This document shows positions 7,979 to 17,526 of a DNA stretch of 29,190 nt, in pieces (within the stretch, counting starts at the first letter, position 1; each line of letters begins with the position of its first letter). A program made the position numbers and the translations under genes. The notes beneath the pieces were generated by a model that searched no databases, had not been told where the DNA came from, and saw only the letters and a program-made list of their open reading frames with translations. The stretch covers positions 1 through 29,190 of the forward strand of contig WTBX01000072.1 of NCBI GenBank assembly GCA_013138855.1, given 5' to 3'. Source of the stretch: Methylococcaceae bacterium (GTDB lineage Bacteria > Pseudomonadota > Gammaproteobacteria > Methylococcales > Methylomonadaceae).

Positions 7979-8353
7979 ATGAAAGGCATTATCAAAATAT
8001 TAGCCATAAGTTTAACAATAGGCGCAGCCTCCCCCGTAATGGCTAACGAAAATCAAGCCACAAATACAACTCAAGCAGTCAGTGTTTCAGCGGGATTTTT
8101 ACATAGTGTCGAGGGAACTTATGGCTGGAATCCTGTAGAAGGCGATATAAGTTATGATTTTTTTTCTGATGGACGCTTACATATTCAAGGGGCTGATGGA
8201 GAAGCAACGATGTGGGAAGGTAAATGGACATTGCTAGCTAATCAACTTACTCTCGTCAATACGACCTTAAACACAACTAAAACAGTCACGGCTACTAAAG
8301 AAGGTAATGAATTATTATTGGATGATAAGCGTTATCACCGTTATAGACCTTAA
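7979..8353 (+). CDS. Secreted hypothetical protein (possibly small beta-barrel)
   Basis: Signal peptide MKGIIKILAISLTIGAASPVMA; ATG 7979 preceded by AGAAGG. Fold is a guess from the alternating beta-strand pattern. Confidence 0.65.
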   Translation: MKGIIKILAISLTIGAASPVMANENQATNTTQAVSVSAGFLHSVEGTYGWNPVEGDISYDFFSDGRLHIQGADGEATMWEGKWTLLANQLTLVNTTLNTTKTVTATKEGNELLLDDKRYHRYRP

Positions 8354-8499
8354 TTTAAGGGGGGTTGACTCTATAAGCTAATTTTTTAGGACAAATTAAA
8401 GTTTAATTTCTTGAAATAATTTACTTTTTTTGTTTGAATTGTCGTTGAAATATAGCATCACCATTTCTCAATAAAGATAAAAATAAAGCGAGGCTTACA

Positions 8500-8976
8500 A
8501 TGAAAAACTTATTTAAAATAATTCTTATTTTCTCAGCATTGGTCGTTAGCCATAATGCAACGGCTTATAGTAGTAAAGGGGCTTCTGAACAATGCAAAAT
8601 GCCTAGGTTTGACAACTTTTCTTTAGCTGAATATAGCTCTGCTAACAAAGTAGAAGTCGCACCCGAGTCAGAATTTAGTTTTACTGTTCCTAAGAAAGTT
8701 GATTCTAGTACCATTAAAATTATCGCTAAAAAAATAAAATTACCCTATACCATTGAAACAACGAGTAGTTTTTATAGGATAAAAAGTAAAATACCTGCCG
8801 AATTAACAGGCAAATTTGTTCGTATTAATGTCTTTGTAACGGCAGAATTAGATTGTAAAGGCAAGGATGGTTGGTTAGTTAAAGTTGCCGAGGCAACAAA
8901 CGCGCCTGCAAGTACAGAAACCAAACCAGAACAAGCAGAAACTAAAGAAGAATCCACAGAAGAAGACTGTGAATAA
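8500..8976 (+). CDS. Secreted hypothetical protein
   Basis: RBS GAGG, signal peptide ending ATA, two Cys in the core, acidic low-complexity tail. Confidence 0.7.
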   Translation: MKNLFKIILIFSALVVSHNATAYSSKGASEQCKMPRFDNFSLAEYSSANKVEVAPESEFSFTVPKKVDSSTIKIIAKKIKLPYTIETTSSFYRIKSKIPAELTGKFVRINVFVTAELDCKGKDGWLVKVAEATNAPASTETKPEQAETKEESTEEDCE

Positions 8977-8991
8977 AAATTAAGTTTTTTA

Positions 8992-9025
8992 AGAGCTGGC
9001 AACGCTTGAAAAGCTTGCCAGTTCT
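8992..9025. terminator. Hairpin between convergent genes, likely bidirectional terminator
   Basis: AGAGCTGGCAA (8992-9002) and TTGCCAGTTCT (9015-9025), with a T-run at 8985-8990, between stops at 8976 (+) and 9036 (-). Confidence 0.55.
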
Positions 9026-9035
9026 AAATTACGAT

Positions 9036-9776
9036 TTATAATAATTCAGGTCGATATTCAAAGTGCATGGTGTCATAGTGATACCATTTCCCGCCCCAAA
9101 TAAAGCCGTGTTTTTCAAAGATTTCGACAATTTCATGTGGAATATTATTTTGATAGCGGTAATTTTTACCCGCCCATTTCCAATAATTTGCCATTTGCGC
9201 ATTAATATCAATCGCGATAGCAAATGAATGCGCACTCAAACGATTAGTCCCACTAATAACGCGCCAGTTATAAGTTCCTGAGGTTTTAATTAAATATTTT
9301 TTAAATTCTGCGGGCAACTCATCCAGCTCTGTTGAAACTTGAGCTAATTTTTGTGCAACCTCATTCACTCCCGTCATACGAACCGTTTTATTGCTGGATT
9401 TAGGCATCCAATCAATTGGCACTAATTGTTGTTTTACCGCTTTAGAGCTTTGCCCATAAAGCCGTTTAAAAAATTCCTCATTTCTAAATCTTCCCGCATC
9501 ACTATTAAAGGCAGGTTCTGCATAGGAATCTTTACCAACAGGGTAGGGGGTTTTAAACATATCTTCTAAGTCAGGCTCATTTAAGAGTTGCTTAAAATTT
9601 TTTTCCCTACCATCATCAAATATCTGTTTTTCACCATTATGCCAAATAATATAATTATCTTCGCAAGCGGCAAGTTGCTTTGGATAAGCTTTAATTAACT
9701 TATCTGCATTTTTATCACACACTGCATAGCTTGTACTTACAAATAGTGATAGACATAAAGCGGTTAATACTCTCAT
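9036..9776 (-). CDS. M15 family metallopeptidase (D-Ala-D-Ala carboxypeptidase/endolysin-like), secreted
   Basis: R....T.RLSAHSFAIAIDIN (SxHxxxxAxD zinc motif), WGGKWYHYDTMHFEYRPE, and a signal peptide. Confidence 0.88.
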   Translation of the reverse strand: MRVLTALCLSLFVSTSYAVCDKNADKLIKAYPKQLAACEDNYIIWHNGEKQIFDDGREKNFKQLLNEPDLEDMFKTPYPVGKDSYAEPAFNSDAGRFRNEEFFKRLYGQSSKAVKQQLVPIDWMPKSSNKTVRMTGVNEVAQKLAQVSTELDELPAEFKKYLIKTSGTYNWRVISGTNRLSAHSFAIAIDINAQMANYWKWAGKNYRYQNNIPHEIVEIFEKHGFIWGGKWYHYDTMHFEYRPELL

Positions 9777-10135
9777 TGTAAATACACTTCAATATAGTCA
9801 GTATAAATATTGACGGTAATTAATGGAGTGCCATTCACAATAGCATTTCTGGTTTCTCTGGACATAGAACCCCGATTCAACATAGATTCCAAACGCGCAC
9901 GTTTGCCTTTACTGGCAAAAAAACGATCGCCTTGATCTTCAAAATCTCTAATACCAAATTTATGAAAATTGGCTCTATCTTGGCGAATAATTGCCGCAAC
10001 TGAACGTAATCTTTTACCTTTACTGTTGTAATGGTCATCTGTTCCTAAGCGAGCAGTATAGGTTTCCAATAATGATTCAGCGTGAATTATTGGGGTGGTG
10101 AATAATAATGCTACTATTAAAAATATTTTTTTCAT
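9773..10135 (-). CDS. Secreted hypothetical protein, translationally coupled to the M15 peptidase
   Basis: Signal peptide ending IHA; ATGA overlap at 9773-9776; RBS (AGGAGA) upstream. Confidence 0.75.
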   Translation of the reverse strand: MKKIFLIVALLFTTPIIHAESLLETYTARLGTDDHYNSKGKRLRSVAAIIRQDRANFHKFGIRDFEDQGDRFFASKGKRARLESMLNRGSMSRETRNAIVNGTPLITVNIYTDYIEVYLQ

Positions 10136-10281
10136 TAGAATCTCCTGAAAAGTTAATATTAATCTCAGTATATAAGTGTTAAATAACTAAGTTTCTATTG
10201 GGTTTTGAGGTCATTTTCATTGCATAGAAAAACTGATAAAAGTGAGGTTAGCAAAGCTTGTTCATGTTTCCTAATATTATG

Positions 10282-10296
10282 AACTGATGTTACGCA
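10282..10296. repeat. Family G motif
   Basis: AACTGATGTTACGCA, 30 bp before LR copy 2. Confidence 0.7.
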
Positions 10297-10326
10297 TTGT
10301 CCACGAAAATACCGACCTGTGATTAA

Positions 10327-10614
10327 AAGACTGGCGGCAAACTGAAGGGCAAAACCCTTTAGTTTGCTGCCAGGCCCCTCGCTCATATTAATGTATTTAG
10401 GAATGTGATGTTAATAACTTCTGAAAATTATATCGTCAACTTAATAAAGTTTATAAACCATGACGCACATGAAGTTTTAATGATTTATCTTCATGGGCTT
10501 CATGTTCTTCATGGTGAAAATATATTTTAAGTTTCGAATGTTATTGTGTTTCATTCCTTAATGGGGACTGGCGGCTACCCAAAAGACTACGTCTTTCAGA
10601 TAGCCGCCAGTCTT
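10327..10614. mobile_element. Composite hairpin-doublet element (family LR), copy 2, carrying MITE I (10400-10557) with a B palindrome
   Basis: Same L and R hairpins as 1579-1877; colinear interior with TTA-GGAATG...CATTCC-TTA. Confidence 0.85.
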
Positions 10615-10641
10615 ATGTAAAGTATTTCTAAAGTAGACATT

Positions 10642-11145
10642 TCAGTTTCCAAGACGAATTATAAAATGCTTAAACTCCTCACAAACCTCATTTAAAACTG
10701 CCGTTAATCTATGGTCACCCTCTAACATTCGTAATCTACAATGATGCTGCTGACTAAATCGCCAAACATTTGCGGGTGGTACAACATCATCTTGCCAGCC
10801 GTGAATCACAAAAGTATTTTTAGACGGTGGGTTAAACTCTGTTTGTGGATAGCCCTCAAGATAAAATGCAGGTGCCATTAAAAATATGCCTTTGGGTTTA
10901 ATGGTTTCACTGGCAACGGTGGCAACATAAGACCCCATGCTTGATCCAACGAGAATGACTTCATCATAAGCAGAAAAGTCATAAGCGAGTATCATTTCAA
11001 CGCGCTTTGTCGGGTCATTAGTGCTGCGATAATCCAAGCTATCAACTTCATAACCCTGTTGTTTTGCAATTTCAGCTAACGCGAGAACTTTTTCGCCCCA
11101 CGGTTCACTGTCTTTACCGTGATTGAATAACACTAATTTACTCAT
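10642..11145 (-). CDS. Small alpha/beta hydrolase
   Basis: FNHG, GSSMG nucleophile motif, HGWQDDVV and GDH. Confidence 0.85.
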   Translation of the reverse strand: MSKLVLFNHGKDSEPWGEKVLALAEIAKQQGYEVDSLDYRSTNDPTKRVEMILAYDFSAYDEVILVGSSMGSYVATVASETIKPKGIFLMAPAFYLEGYPQTEFNPPSKNTFVIHGWQDDVVPPANVWRFSQQHHCRLRMLEGDHRLTAVLNEVCEEFKHFIIRLGN

Positions 11146-12149
11146 TTTTTACTTTCCAAGTGATAATTAACAATACGTTCCACTTCATTTTTAGAGCCTA
11201 AAATCAACGGTACACGTTGATGAATGCCTGTGGGTTCTAAATCTAAAATCCGCTCGCGCCCTGTTGAACATGCGCCTCCTGCTTGTTCAACAATAAAACC
11301 AATAGGGTTTGCTTCATACATTAAACGCAGACGACCTGCTTTTGATTTATGATTATCTAACGGATACATGAATACTCCGCCTCGCGTTAAAATTCGATAA
11401 ACCTCAGCAACTAACGACGCTATCCAGCGCATATTAAAGTTTTTGCCACGCACTCCCTCTTCGCCTTGCAAACATTCTTCTACATAACGTTGCACAGGCT
11501 CTTCCCAGAAACGTTGATTAGACATATTAATCGCAAATTCGCTAGTCTCTTCAGGAATTTTTATTTCAGGGTGCGTCAAAATAAATTCGCCAATATCAGG
11601 ATCTAAAGTAAAACCATTAACACCATTTCCCGTGGTTAATACCATCATTGTTGAAGGGCCATATAATACAAACCCAGCACAGACTTGTTCTGAACCTTGT
11701 TTTAAAAAATCTGCTACCTCAGGTTCAACACCTTCCGAACAACGTAAAATCGAAAAAATGGTGCCGACCGTTAAGTTTAAATCAATATTAGATGAGCCAT
11801 CTAAAGGATCAAACAACGCAAGATATTTACCTTTAGGATATTGAGAGGGAATTTTAATGGTGTCTTCAATTTCCTCCGATGCCATGCCTGCTAAATGCCC
11901 TGTCCAGTCTAAAGCATCGACCATAATATCGTGAGTGATAATATCAAGTTTTTTCTGAACTTCGCCTTGTACATTTTCAGTGTCGGCATTACCCAGCACC
12001 CCAATTAAATCACCGCGATTAACAAGATGCGATATTTTTTTACAGGCGGTAACTATATCGTTTAATAAGAGAGTGAAATCACCTGATACCTCTGGAAATT
12101 TGCGCTGCTGTTCGATGATAAATTGGGTTAGGGTGATATTCTTTGCCAT
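11142..12149 (-). CDS. fbp: Class 1 fructose-1,6-bisphosphatase
   Basis: [38 protein letters not shown] and RLMYEANP. Confidence 0.96.
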   Translation of the reverse strand: MAKNITLTQFIIEQQRKFPEVSGDFTLLLNDIVTACKKISHLVNRGDLIGVLGNADTENVQGEVQKKLDIITHDIMVDALDWTGHLAGMASEEIEDTIKIPSQYPKGKYLALFDPLDGSSNIDLNLTVGTIFSILRCSEGVEPEVADFLKQGSEQVCAGFVLYGPSTMMVLTTGNGVNGFTLDPDIGEFILTHPEIKIPEETSEFAINMSNQRFWEEPVQRYVEECLQGEEGVRGKNFNMRWIASLVAEVYRILTRGGVFMYPLDNHKSKAGRLRLMYEANPIGFIVEQAGGACSTGRERILDLEPTGIHQRVPLILGSKNEVERIVNYHLESKK

Positions 12150-12223
12150 GTTTTAATTCTCTGGGTTAAATGGTGTTGAAATTTAGGCATCAGCTTTTAA
12201 GGCGAAACAGCCATAGTTTATAA

Positions 12224-12275
12224 ACCATGAAGCGCATGAAGAACATGAAGTATAAGAGATTGAAATCTTCATGGT
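12224..12275. repeat. Family B element
   Basis: ACCATGAAGCGCATGAAGAACATGAAG followed by partial inverted arm CTTCATGGT; an inverted homologue lies at 22339-22399. Confidence 0.8.
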
Positions 12276-12308
12276 CATAATATAGACGTTTTAAGTTGCA
12301 GCTTTAAT

Positions 12309-12707
12309 TTATTCCTCATACTCAGTGAGTGACCAGCAGCCAGTTGTATTTTGAAAGATGTAGCTCACTAACGGCTCTGAACCTTCAGAGCCTATCAACA
12401 CTTTAATTTCACTACTGGTTTTATCTTTTATCAGCTCTATATAACCTGAGTCTGCCATAATCGTTTGATCGAGATAAAGATACTCTTCCTTATTCAACAC
12501 ACTTTGTTTGCTAATATAAGAAACTCTGGGCTGCTCATTAACAAATACGGTTTTTTTGACAGGAAAGGTAGTGCGCTGCAATTGAAACTGGCTATCTGTC
12601 TTAAACTGCGCATAAAACTGAGTAAAAATCTCACTCGGCCTACAACTTGTCTCTGCAAAAACTGTGGGTGAAAGCGTCAAAATTAATAAACTGATAAAAA
12701 TTTTCAT
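12309..12707 (-). CDS. Secreted protein, DUF4348-like
   Basis: Signal peptide; F..FY..F..D..FQ..R..FP motif and C-terminal W.L. Confidence 0.6.
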   Translation of the reverse strand: MKIFISLLILTLSPTVFAETSCRPSEIFTQFYAQFKTDSQFQLQRTTFPVKKTVFVNEQPRVSYISKQSVLNKEEYLYLDQTIMADSGYIELIKDKTSSEIKVLIGSEGSEPLVSYIFQNTTGCWSLTEYEE

Positions 12708-12762
12708 GAGCTTAGCTCCTCTTATTGAGTTTTATAAAACAAACGTGAGTTAAATTTTTCGT

Positions 12763-12920
12763 AACTATTTAGGCTATACGGAACCGCGACTTTTAGTCGC
12801 GCACGAGACCTAAAAACATCTTCAAAACCTATGAATTAAACAGATTTAAATAAGCTCGTTTTAAAATTCAAGCATGAAACTTCGTGCGCGACTAAAAATC
12901 GCGTTTCCGCCTGAATAGTT
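12763..12920. mobile_element. REP doublet/MITE (family D), about 135-bp core 12779-12909
   Basis: CGGAACCGCGACTTTTAGTCGCGCACGA ... TCGTGCGCGACTAAAAATCGCGTTTCCG. The full length, spacer included, recurs inverted at 22433-22564. Outer AACTATTTAGG/CCTGAATAGTT pair at 10/11. Confidence 0.85.
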
Positions 12921-12971
12921 AAATTTTTCTTAAGGGTTCTCGTTTTTCACTTATTTATTCGTTATTCCTTT

Positions 12972-12990
12972 GCTAAGATAGCATCTTAGC
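12972..12990. promoter_or_regulatory. Inverted repeat upstream of sucA; possible operator
   Basis: GCTAAGAT-AGC-ATCTTAGC, 41 bp before the sucA ATG; not a member of the repeat families seen elsewhere. Confidence 0.3.
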
Positions 12991-13031
12991 CTACTCTTTA
13001 GGTTAGTACTTATTAACACTGGATACCCCGC

Positions 13032-15857
13032 ATGAGCGATTTATTAAAACTGTTTCAAGAGTCTTCCGCTTTTTATGGCAGTAATGCTGTTTTTATTGAA
13101 GATTTGTATGAACAATATTTGGAAAATCCTGAGTTAGTCGAAGAAAGCTGGCGTGTTAAGTTTAATGGTTTGCATAATGGCGCAACAGACATTCCTCATA
13201 GCCCTATTGTAGAACGATTTGAAAATTTAGCCGCATCAACCTCAAGTTCAGGGAATTTAGCTAAACTTCAAGGCTTTACCGAGGAGAGCGTTAGAAAACA
13301 AACCGCTGTTGCCAGATTGATTAATCATTATCGTACTTGTGGGCATCAAGTGGCAAACACTAACCCTCTGGAAACGAAGTCCTCGAAGCCTTCCGATTTA
13401 GATGCCGCTTATTATGGACTAGCTGAACCTGATATGGATACCGTTTTCGATACGGGGACTTTGCATGGGGTTGATAAGTTGCCATTACGCAAAATTATTT
13501 CCATCTTAGAAGAGGTTTATTGCGGTGATATTGGCTTTGAATATATGCACATTATCAATGCTGATATTAGACGTTGGTTAAAAAACCATTTGGAAAATCC
13601 ACGCCCTAAGGTATCTGCTGAAAAGCAGCAATCTATTTTAAAGCAATTAACGGCAGCCGAAGGCATAGAAAAATATTTACATCGTCGCTATGTGGGGCAA
13701 AAGCGTTTTTCTTTAGAAGGCGGCGAAAGTTTGATTCCTATTTTGGACGAATTAGTGCAGCAATCAGGTGAGTTGCAAGTTAAAGAAGTCGTTATAGGTA
13801 TGGCGCATCGCGGGCGTTTAAATGTACTCGTAAATATTTTAGGCAAAAGCCCCGCTGTTTTATTTGGTGAATTTGAAGGCACACATACGTCCTCACCCGG
13901 TGTGATAACAGGTGATGTTAAATATCACATGGGGTTTTCATCAGATATTGAAACCGCAGGAGGCGAGGTACATTTAACCCTAGCCTTTAACCCATCACAT
14001 TTGGAAATTATTAACCCTGTGGTCGAAGGTTCGGTAAAAGCGCGACAAGATAGACGCGGCAAAGGCAGCATGAACACCGTTGTGCCTATTTTAATTCATG
14101 GTGATGCTTCTTTCGCAGGACAAGGCATTGTTATGGAAACCTTGAATATGGCAGAAACTCGCGCCTTTCATACGGGCGGCACGGTTCATATTGTCATTAA
14201 CAATCAAATTGGCTTTACCACTAGCAATCCTTTTGATGCACGCTCAACTTTATATTGCACTGATGTTGCCAACATGATTCAAGCACCGATTTTTCATGTC
14301 AATGGCGATAATCCAGAAGCGGTTTTATATGTGACCCAATTGGCACTGGAATACCGCATGAAATTTAATAAAGATGTGGTGATTGATTTAGTTTGTTATC
14401 GTCGTCTAGGTCATAACGAAGCTGACGAACCTGCAACAACCCAACCATTGATGTATAAACAAATTCGCGCTCAAGCGACTACGCGCCAACTTTATGCGGA
14501 AAAATTGATTAAAGAGGGGGTAATTAACGAAGAAGATGCTGAGGCAATGGAACATGAGTACCAACAACAACTAGAGTTAGGAAATATTGTTTCCCGACCT
14601 GTTTTGGAAAATAGTACTTATAGTTACACTCAACAATGGGATAAATATTTAGGTGTAAAATGGAGTCAGCCTTGCAAAACATCGGTATCACTCGATTTAT
14701 TACGCTTTTGTAATGAGCAAATGCAACGTCTACCCGCTGAGTTTGAACTACATGCGCGTGTTGCAAAAGTGATGGATAACCGCTCAAAAATGGCAGCGGG
14801 CGCATTATCTATAGACTGGGGTTGTGCTGAAAATTTGGCGTATGCGACGTTATTAATTGAAAATCATAATGTGCGCTTAACAGGACAAGATGTCGGACGT
14901 GGAACTTTTTCACACCGTCATGCGATGCTGCATAATCAACGTCATGATGAAACCTATATTCCGCTTAAACATCTGGATAGCAATCAAGGGCATATGCAGT
15001 TGTTTAATTCTTTATTATCCGAGGCTGGGGTTTTAGGCTTTGAATATGGCTATAGTTCCACAGAACCTGAAACACTGGTTATTTGGGAAGCTCAGTTTGG
15101 TGATTTTGCGAATGGCGCACAAGTTTTAATTGATCAATTTATTTGTTCTGGCGAAACTAAATGGGGTAGATTATGCGGCTTAGTGATGTTATTGCCGCAT
15201 GGTTTTGAAGGACAAGGGCCTGAACATTCATCTGCGCGTTTAGAGCGTTATTTACAGCTTTGTGCCGATCATAATATACAGGTTTGCTCGCCGACTACGC
15301 CTGCGCAAATTTTTCATTTATTAAGACGACAAATAAAGCGTCCTTATCGTAAACCTTTAGTGGTAATGAGTCCTAAGAGCTTGTTGAGACATAAACTTGC
15401 GGTGTCTACCTTGGAAGATTTAACCGATGGTGAGTTTCAAGTGATTATCAGCGAACACGATAATGAAATAAAAACCAATCAAGTTGATCGGTTGATATTT
15501 TGTGCAGGCAAAGTATATTACGATTTATTAGAACAACGCAGACAAGATAAACTCATTAATGTCGCCATTATTAGAATCGAACAGCTTTATCCTTTTCCAA
15601 GTGAGCGTTTTAAGCAAGAGCTTGATAAATATTCTCATGTACAAGAAATAATATGGTGTCAGGAAGAGCCTAAAAATCAAGGGGCGTGGTATCAATCTAA
15701 GCATCATTTTTTTGATAATTTACTTAAAGATATGGATGTGATTTATTGTGGTCGAGAGCCTTCCGCAGCTCCCGCAGTAGGCAGTTTTTCAGCACATATA
15801 AAACAACAAAAAGAAGTGGTCAATCAGGCCCTTTATGGTAATAAAAAAGGAAAATAA
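13032..15857 (+). CDS. sucA: 2-oxoglutarate dehydrogenase E1
   Basis: [54 protein letters not shown] and [11 protein letters not shown]. Confidence 0.98.
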   Translation: MSDLLKLFQESSAFYGSNAVFIEDLYEQYLENPELVEESWRVKFNGLHNGATDIPHSPIVERFENLAASTSSSGNLAKLQGFTEESVRKQTAVARLINHYRTCGHQVANTNPLETKSSKPSDLDAAYYGLAEPDMDTVFDTGTLHGVDKLPLRKIISILEEVYCGDIGFEYMHIINADIRRWLKNHLENPRPKVSAEKQQSILKQLTAAEGIEKYLHRRYVGQKRFSLEGGESLIPILDELVQQSGELQVKEVVIGMAHRGRLNVLVNILGKSPAVLFGEFEGTHTSSPGVITGDVKYHMGFSSDIETAGGEVHLTLAFNPSHLEIINPVVEGSVKARQDRRGKGSMNTVVPILIHGDASFAGQGIVMETLNMAETRAFHTGGTVHIVINNQIGFTTSNPFDARSTLYCTDVANMIQAPIFHVNGDNPEAVLYVTQLALEYRMKFNKDVVIDLVCYRRLGHNEADEPATTQPLMYKQIRAQATTRQLYAEKLIKEGVINEEDAEAMEHEYQQQLELGNIVSRPVLENSTYSYTQQWDKYLGVKWSQPCKTSVSLDLLRFCNEQMQRLPAEFELHARVAKVMDNRSKMAAGALSIDWGCAENLAYATLLIENHNVRLTGQDVGRGTFSHRHAMLHNQRHDETYIPLKHLDSNQGHMQLFNSLLSEAGVLGFEYGYSSTEPETLVIWEAQFGDFANGAQVLIDQFICSGETKWGRLCGLVMLLPHGFEGQGPEHSSARLERYLQLCADHNIQVCSPTTPAQIFHLLRRQIKRPYRKPLVVMSPKSLLRHKLAVSTLEDLTDGEFQVIISEHDNEIKTNQVDRLIFCAGKVYYDLLEQRRQDKLINVAIIRIEQLYPFPSERFKQELDKYSHVQEIIWCQEEPKNQGAWYQSKHHFFDNLLKDMDVIYCGREPSAAPAVGSFSAHIKQQKEVVNQALYGNKKGK

Positions 15858-15859
15858 TC

Positions 15860-17125
15860 ATGACGGTGGAAATTTTAGTTCCTAATTTGCCCGAATCTGT
15901 TGCCGATGCAACAATCGTTGCTTGGCATAAAAAACAGGGCGAATTTGTTGAAAAACATGAAAATTTAGTTGATCTTGAAACCGATAAAGTCGTGTTGGAA
16001 GTTCCTGCACCTGAATCAGGTGTTTTAAGTCGAATTGTAAAAAATAATGGTGATTTAGTCATTGCCAGCGATGTATTAGCGGTGCTTGATACTTCTGCAA
16101 CAGCGACTGAAACGAAAGCATCCGCTAGCACCGCGATTGAAGAAGAACTCAATCACGTTGATGAAAGTGATGACATCGCTTTAAGCCCCGCAGTGAGACG
16201 TTTAATTAATGAACATCATTTAAATCCTGCTGCAATCACAGGCACAGGTAAACATGGACGACTAACCAAAACCGACGTATTAAACTTTTTAAGTCAACAG
16301 GATGTTAGCGAAAAATCATCCGCCGATATGATTGTTGATGCCAATACCGAGGCTAAAACAGAGATAGGAGCTAAAACAGAAGTCAAAGCCGAAAAGCTAG
16401 AAACTGCTGCTCCTACAGAAGGGTTTCGCCCAGAACAGCGCGTACCGATGACGCGCTTACGTGCTAAGGTCGCAGAGCGTTTATTAGAAGCCCAGCAAAA
16501 TGCGGCCATGTTAACCACGTTTAACGAAGTTAATATGCAGGCTGTCATAGATTTACGCCAGAAATATAAAGCACGTTTTGAGAAAAAACATGAGATTAAA
16601 CTCGGTTTCATGTCTTTTTTTGTTAAAGCCTCCATCGAAGCCTTAAAACGCTTTCCTGCGATTAATGCCTCTATAGATGATAATGATATTATCTATCACG
16701 GTTACTATGATATGGGGATTGCGGTAACAACACCGCGTGGCTTAATTGTTCCCGTTGTTCGCGATGCCGATCAACTTGATTTTGCAGGTATCGAAAAAAG
16801 CATTGCTGATTTTGGTAAGAAAGCGCGTGAAGGTTCATTAAGTTATGAAGATTTAACGGGCGGTACCTTTACTATTACTAACGGGGGGATTTTTGGCTCA
16901 ATGTTATCTACCCCGATTCTCAATCCGCCACAATGTGCGATTTTAGGAATGCACGCCATTAAGGAACGCCCTGTGGTTGAGGAGGGAGAAATTGTTATTC
17001 GTCCCATTATGTATTTAGCACTCTCCTACGATCACCGTTTAGTCGATGGTAGTGAAGCGGTACAATTTTTAGTGACGATTAAAGAGTGCCTAGAATCCCC
17101 CGCTCATTTATTACTTAATATTTAA
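15860..17125 (+). CDS. sucB: Dihydrolipoamide succinyltransferase E2
   Basis: Lipoyl domain ETDKV, E3-binding domain SPAVRRL..EH.L....I.GTG..GR.TK.DV, catalytic DHRLVDG. Confidence 0.97.
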   Translation: MTVEILVPNLPESVADATIVAWHKKQGEFVEKHENLVDLETDKVVLEVPAPESGVLSRIVKNNGDLVIASDVLAVLDTSATATETKASASTAIEEELNHVDESDDIALSPAVRRLINEHHLNPAAITGTGKHGRLTKTDVLNFLSQQDVSEKSSADMIVDANTEAKTEIGAKTEVKAEKLETAAPTEGFRPEQRVPMTRLRAKVAERLLEAQQNAAMLTTFNEVNMQAVIDLRQKYKARFEKKHEIKLGFMSFFVKASIEALKRFPAINASIDDNDIIYHGYYDMGIAVTTPRGLIVPVVRDADQLDFAGIEKSIADFGKKAREGSLSYEDLTGGTFTITNGGIFGSMLSTPILNPPQCAILGMHAIKERPVVEEGEIVIRPIMYLALSYDHRLVDGSEAVQFLVTIKECLESPAHLLLNI

Positions 17126-17354
17126 CTGATAAGTACCTAAGCATAACACTCGTGTATTTTTATATTTGCTGGAGCCGCGACTTTAGTCGCGGAAACCTCG
17201 CAATAACACTACGTTTTTTAAAGGTTAATAGTATTTTAACGCTCTAGCGCGACTAAAGTCGCGGCTCCGAATATACGAAAACTTTAGCTCAGGTACTTAC
17301 TACGCACTATATAAATGATATTTAGCTATTTTCTTTTTTATGCGTAACATCAGT
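17124..17354. mobile_element. Three-level nest: G element containing H MITE (17132-17297, TA direct repeats) containing a D-type REP doublet (17171-17268)
   Basis: Right end TGCGTAACATCAGT (17341-17354). Left end AACTGA-TA|...|TA-CTACGCA is split by AGTACCTAAGC...GCTCAGGTACT. Inside is a perfect 21-bp inverted pair GGAGCCGCGACTTTAGTCGCG. Confidence 0.7.
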
Positions 17355-17360
17355 CTTTAA

Positions 17361-17440
17361 GGGGCTCAGAAATTAATAATCTACCATGTGCTTCATGGTT
17401 ATAAAACTTACAATAGGTAGATTATTTATTTCTTGCTTCC
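17361..17440. mobile_element. Short MITE (family M) with TAA direct repeats and a B remnant inside
   Basis: TAA at 17358-17360 and 17441-17443. AGAAATTAATAATCTACC pairs with GGTAGATTATTTATTTCT at 17/18; interior ACCATGTGCTTCATGGT. Confidence 0.6.
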
Positions 17441-17526
17441 TAAATAAAGTCACGGGGTTAGTCGTGGCGCACGATGTTAAGGCATCGGTTTCAAATATTA
17501 TTCCGATTATTCAATAAGGTACAACA

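Noticed and set aside
7732-12760. Integron cassette array explaining the single accessory genes
   Set aside because: No attC-like RYYYAAC...GTTRRRY pairs after stops, no intI, mixed orientations, and core genes in between.
16352-16380. GCTAAAACAGA repeated with an 18-bp period in sucB
   Set aside because: It falls in the naturally variable Ala/Glu/Lys/Thr E2 linker; an ordinary small duplication.
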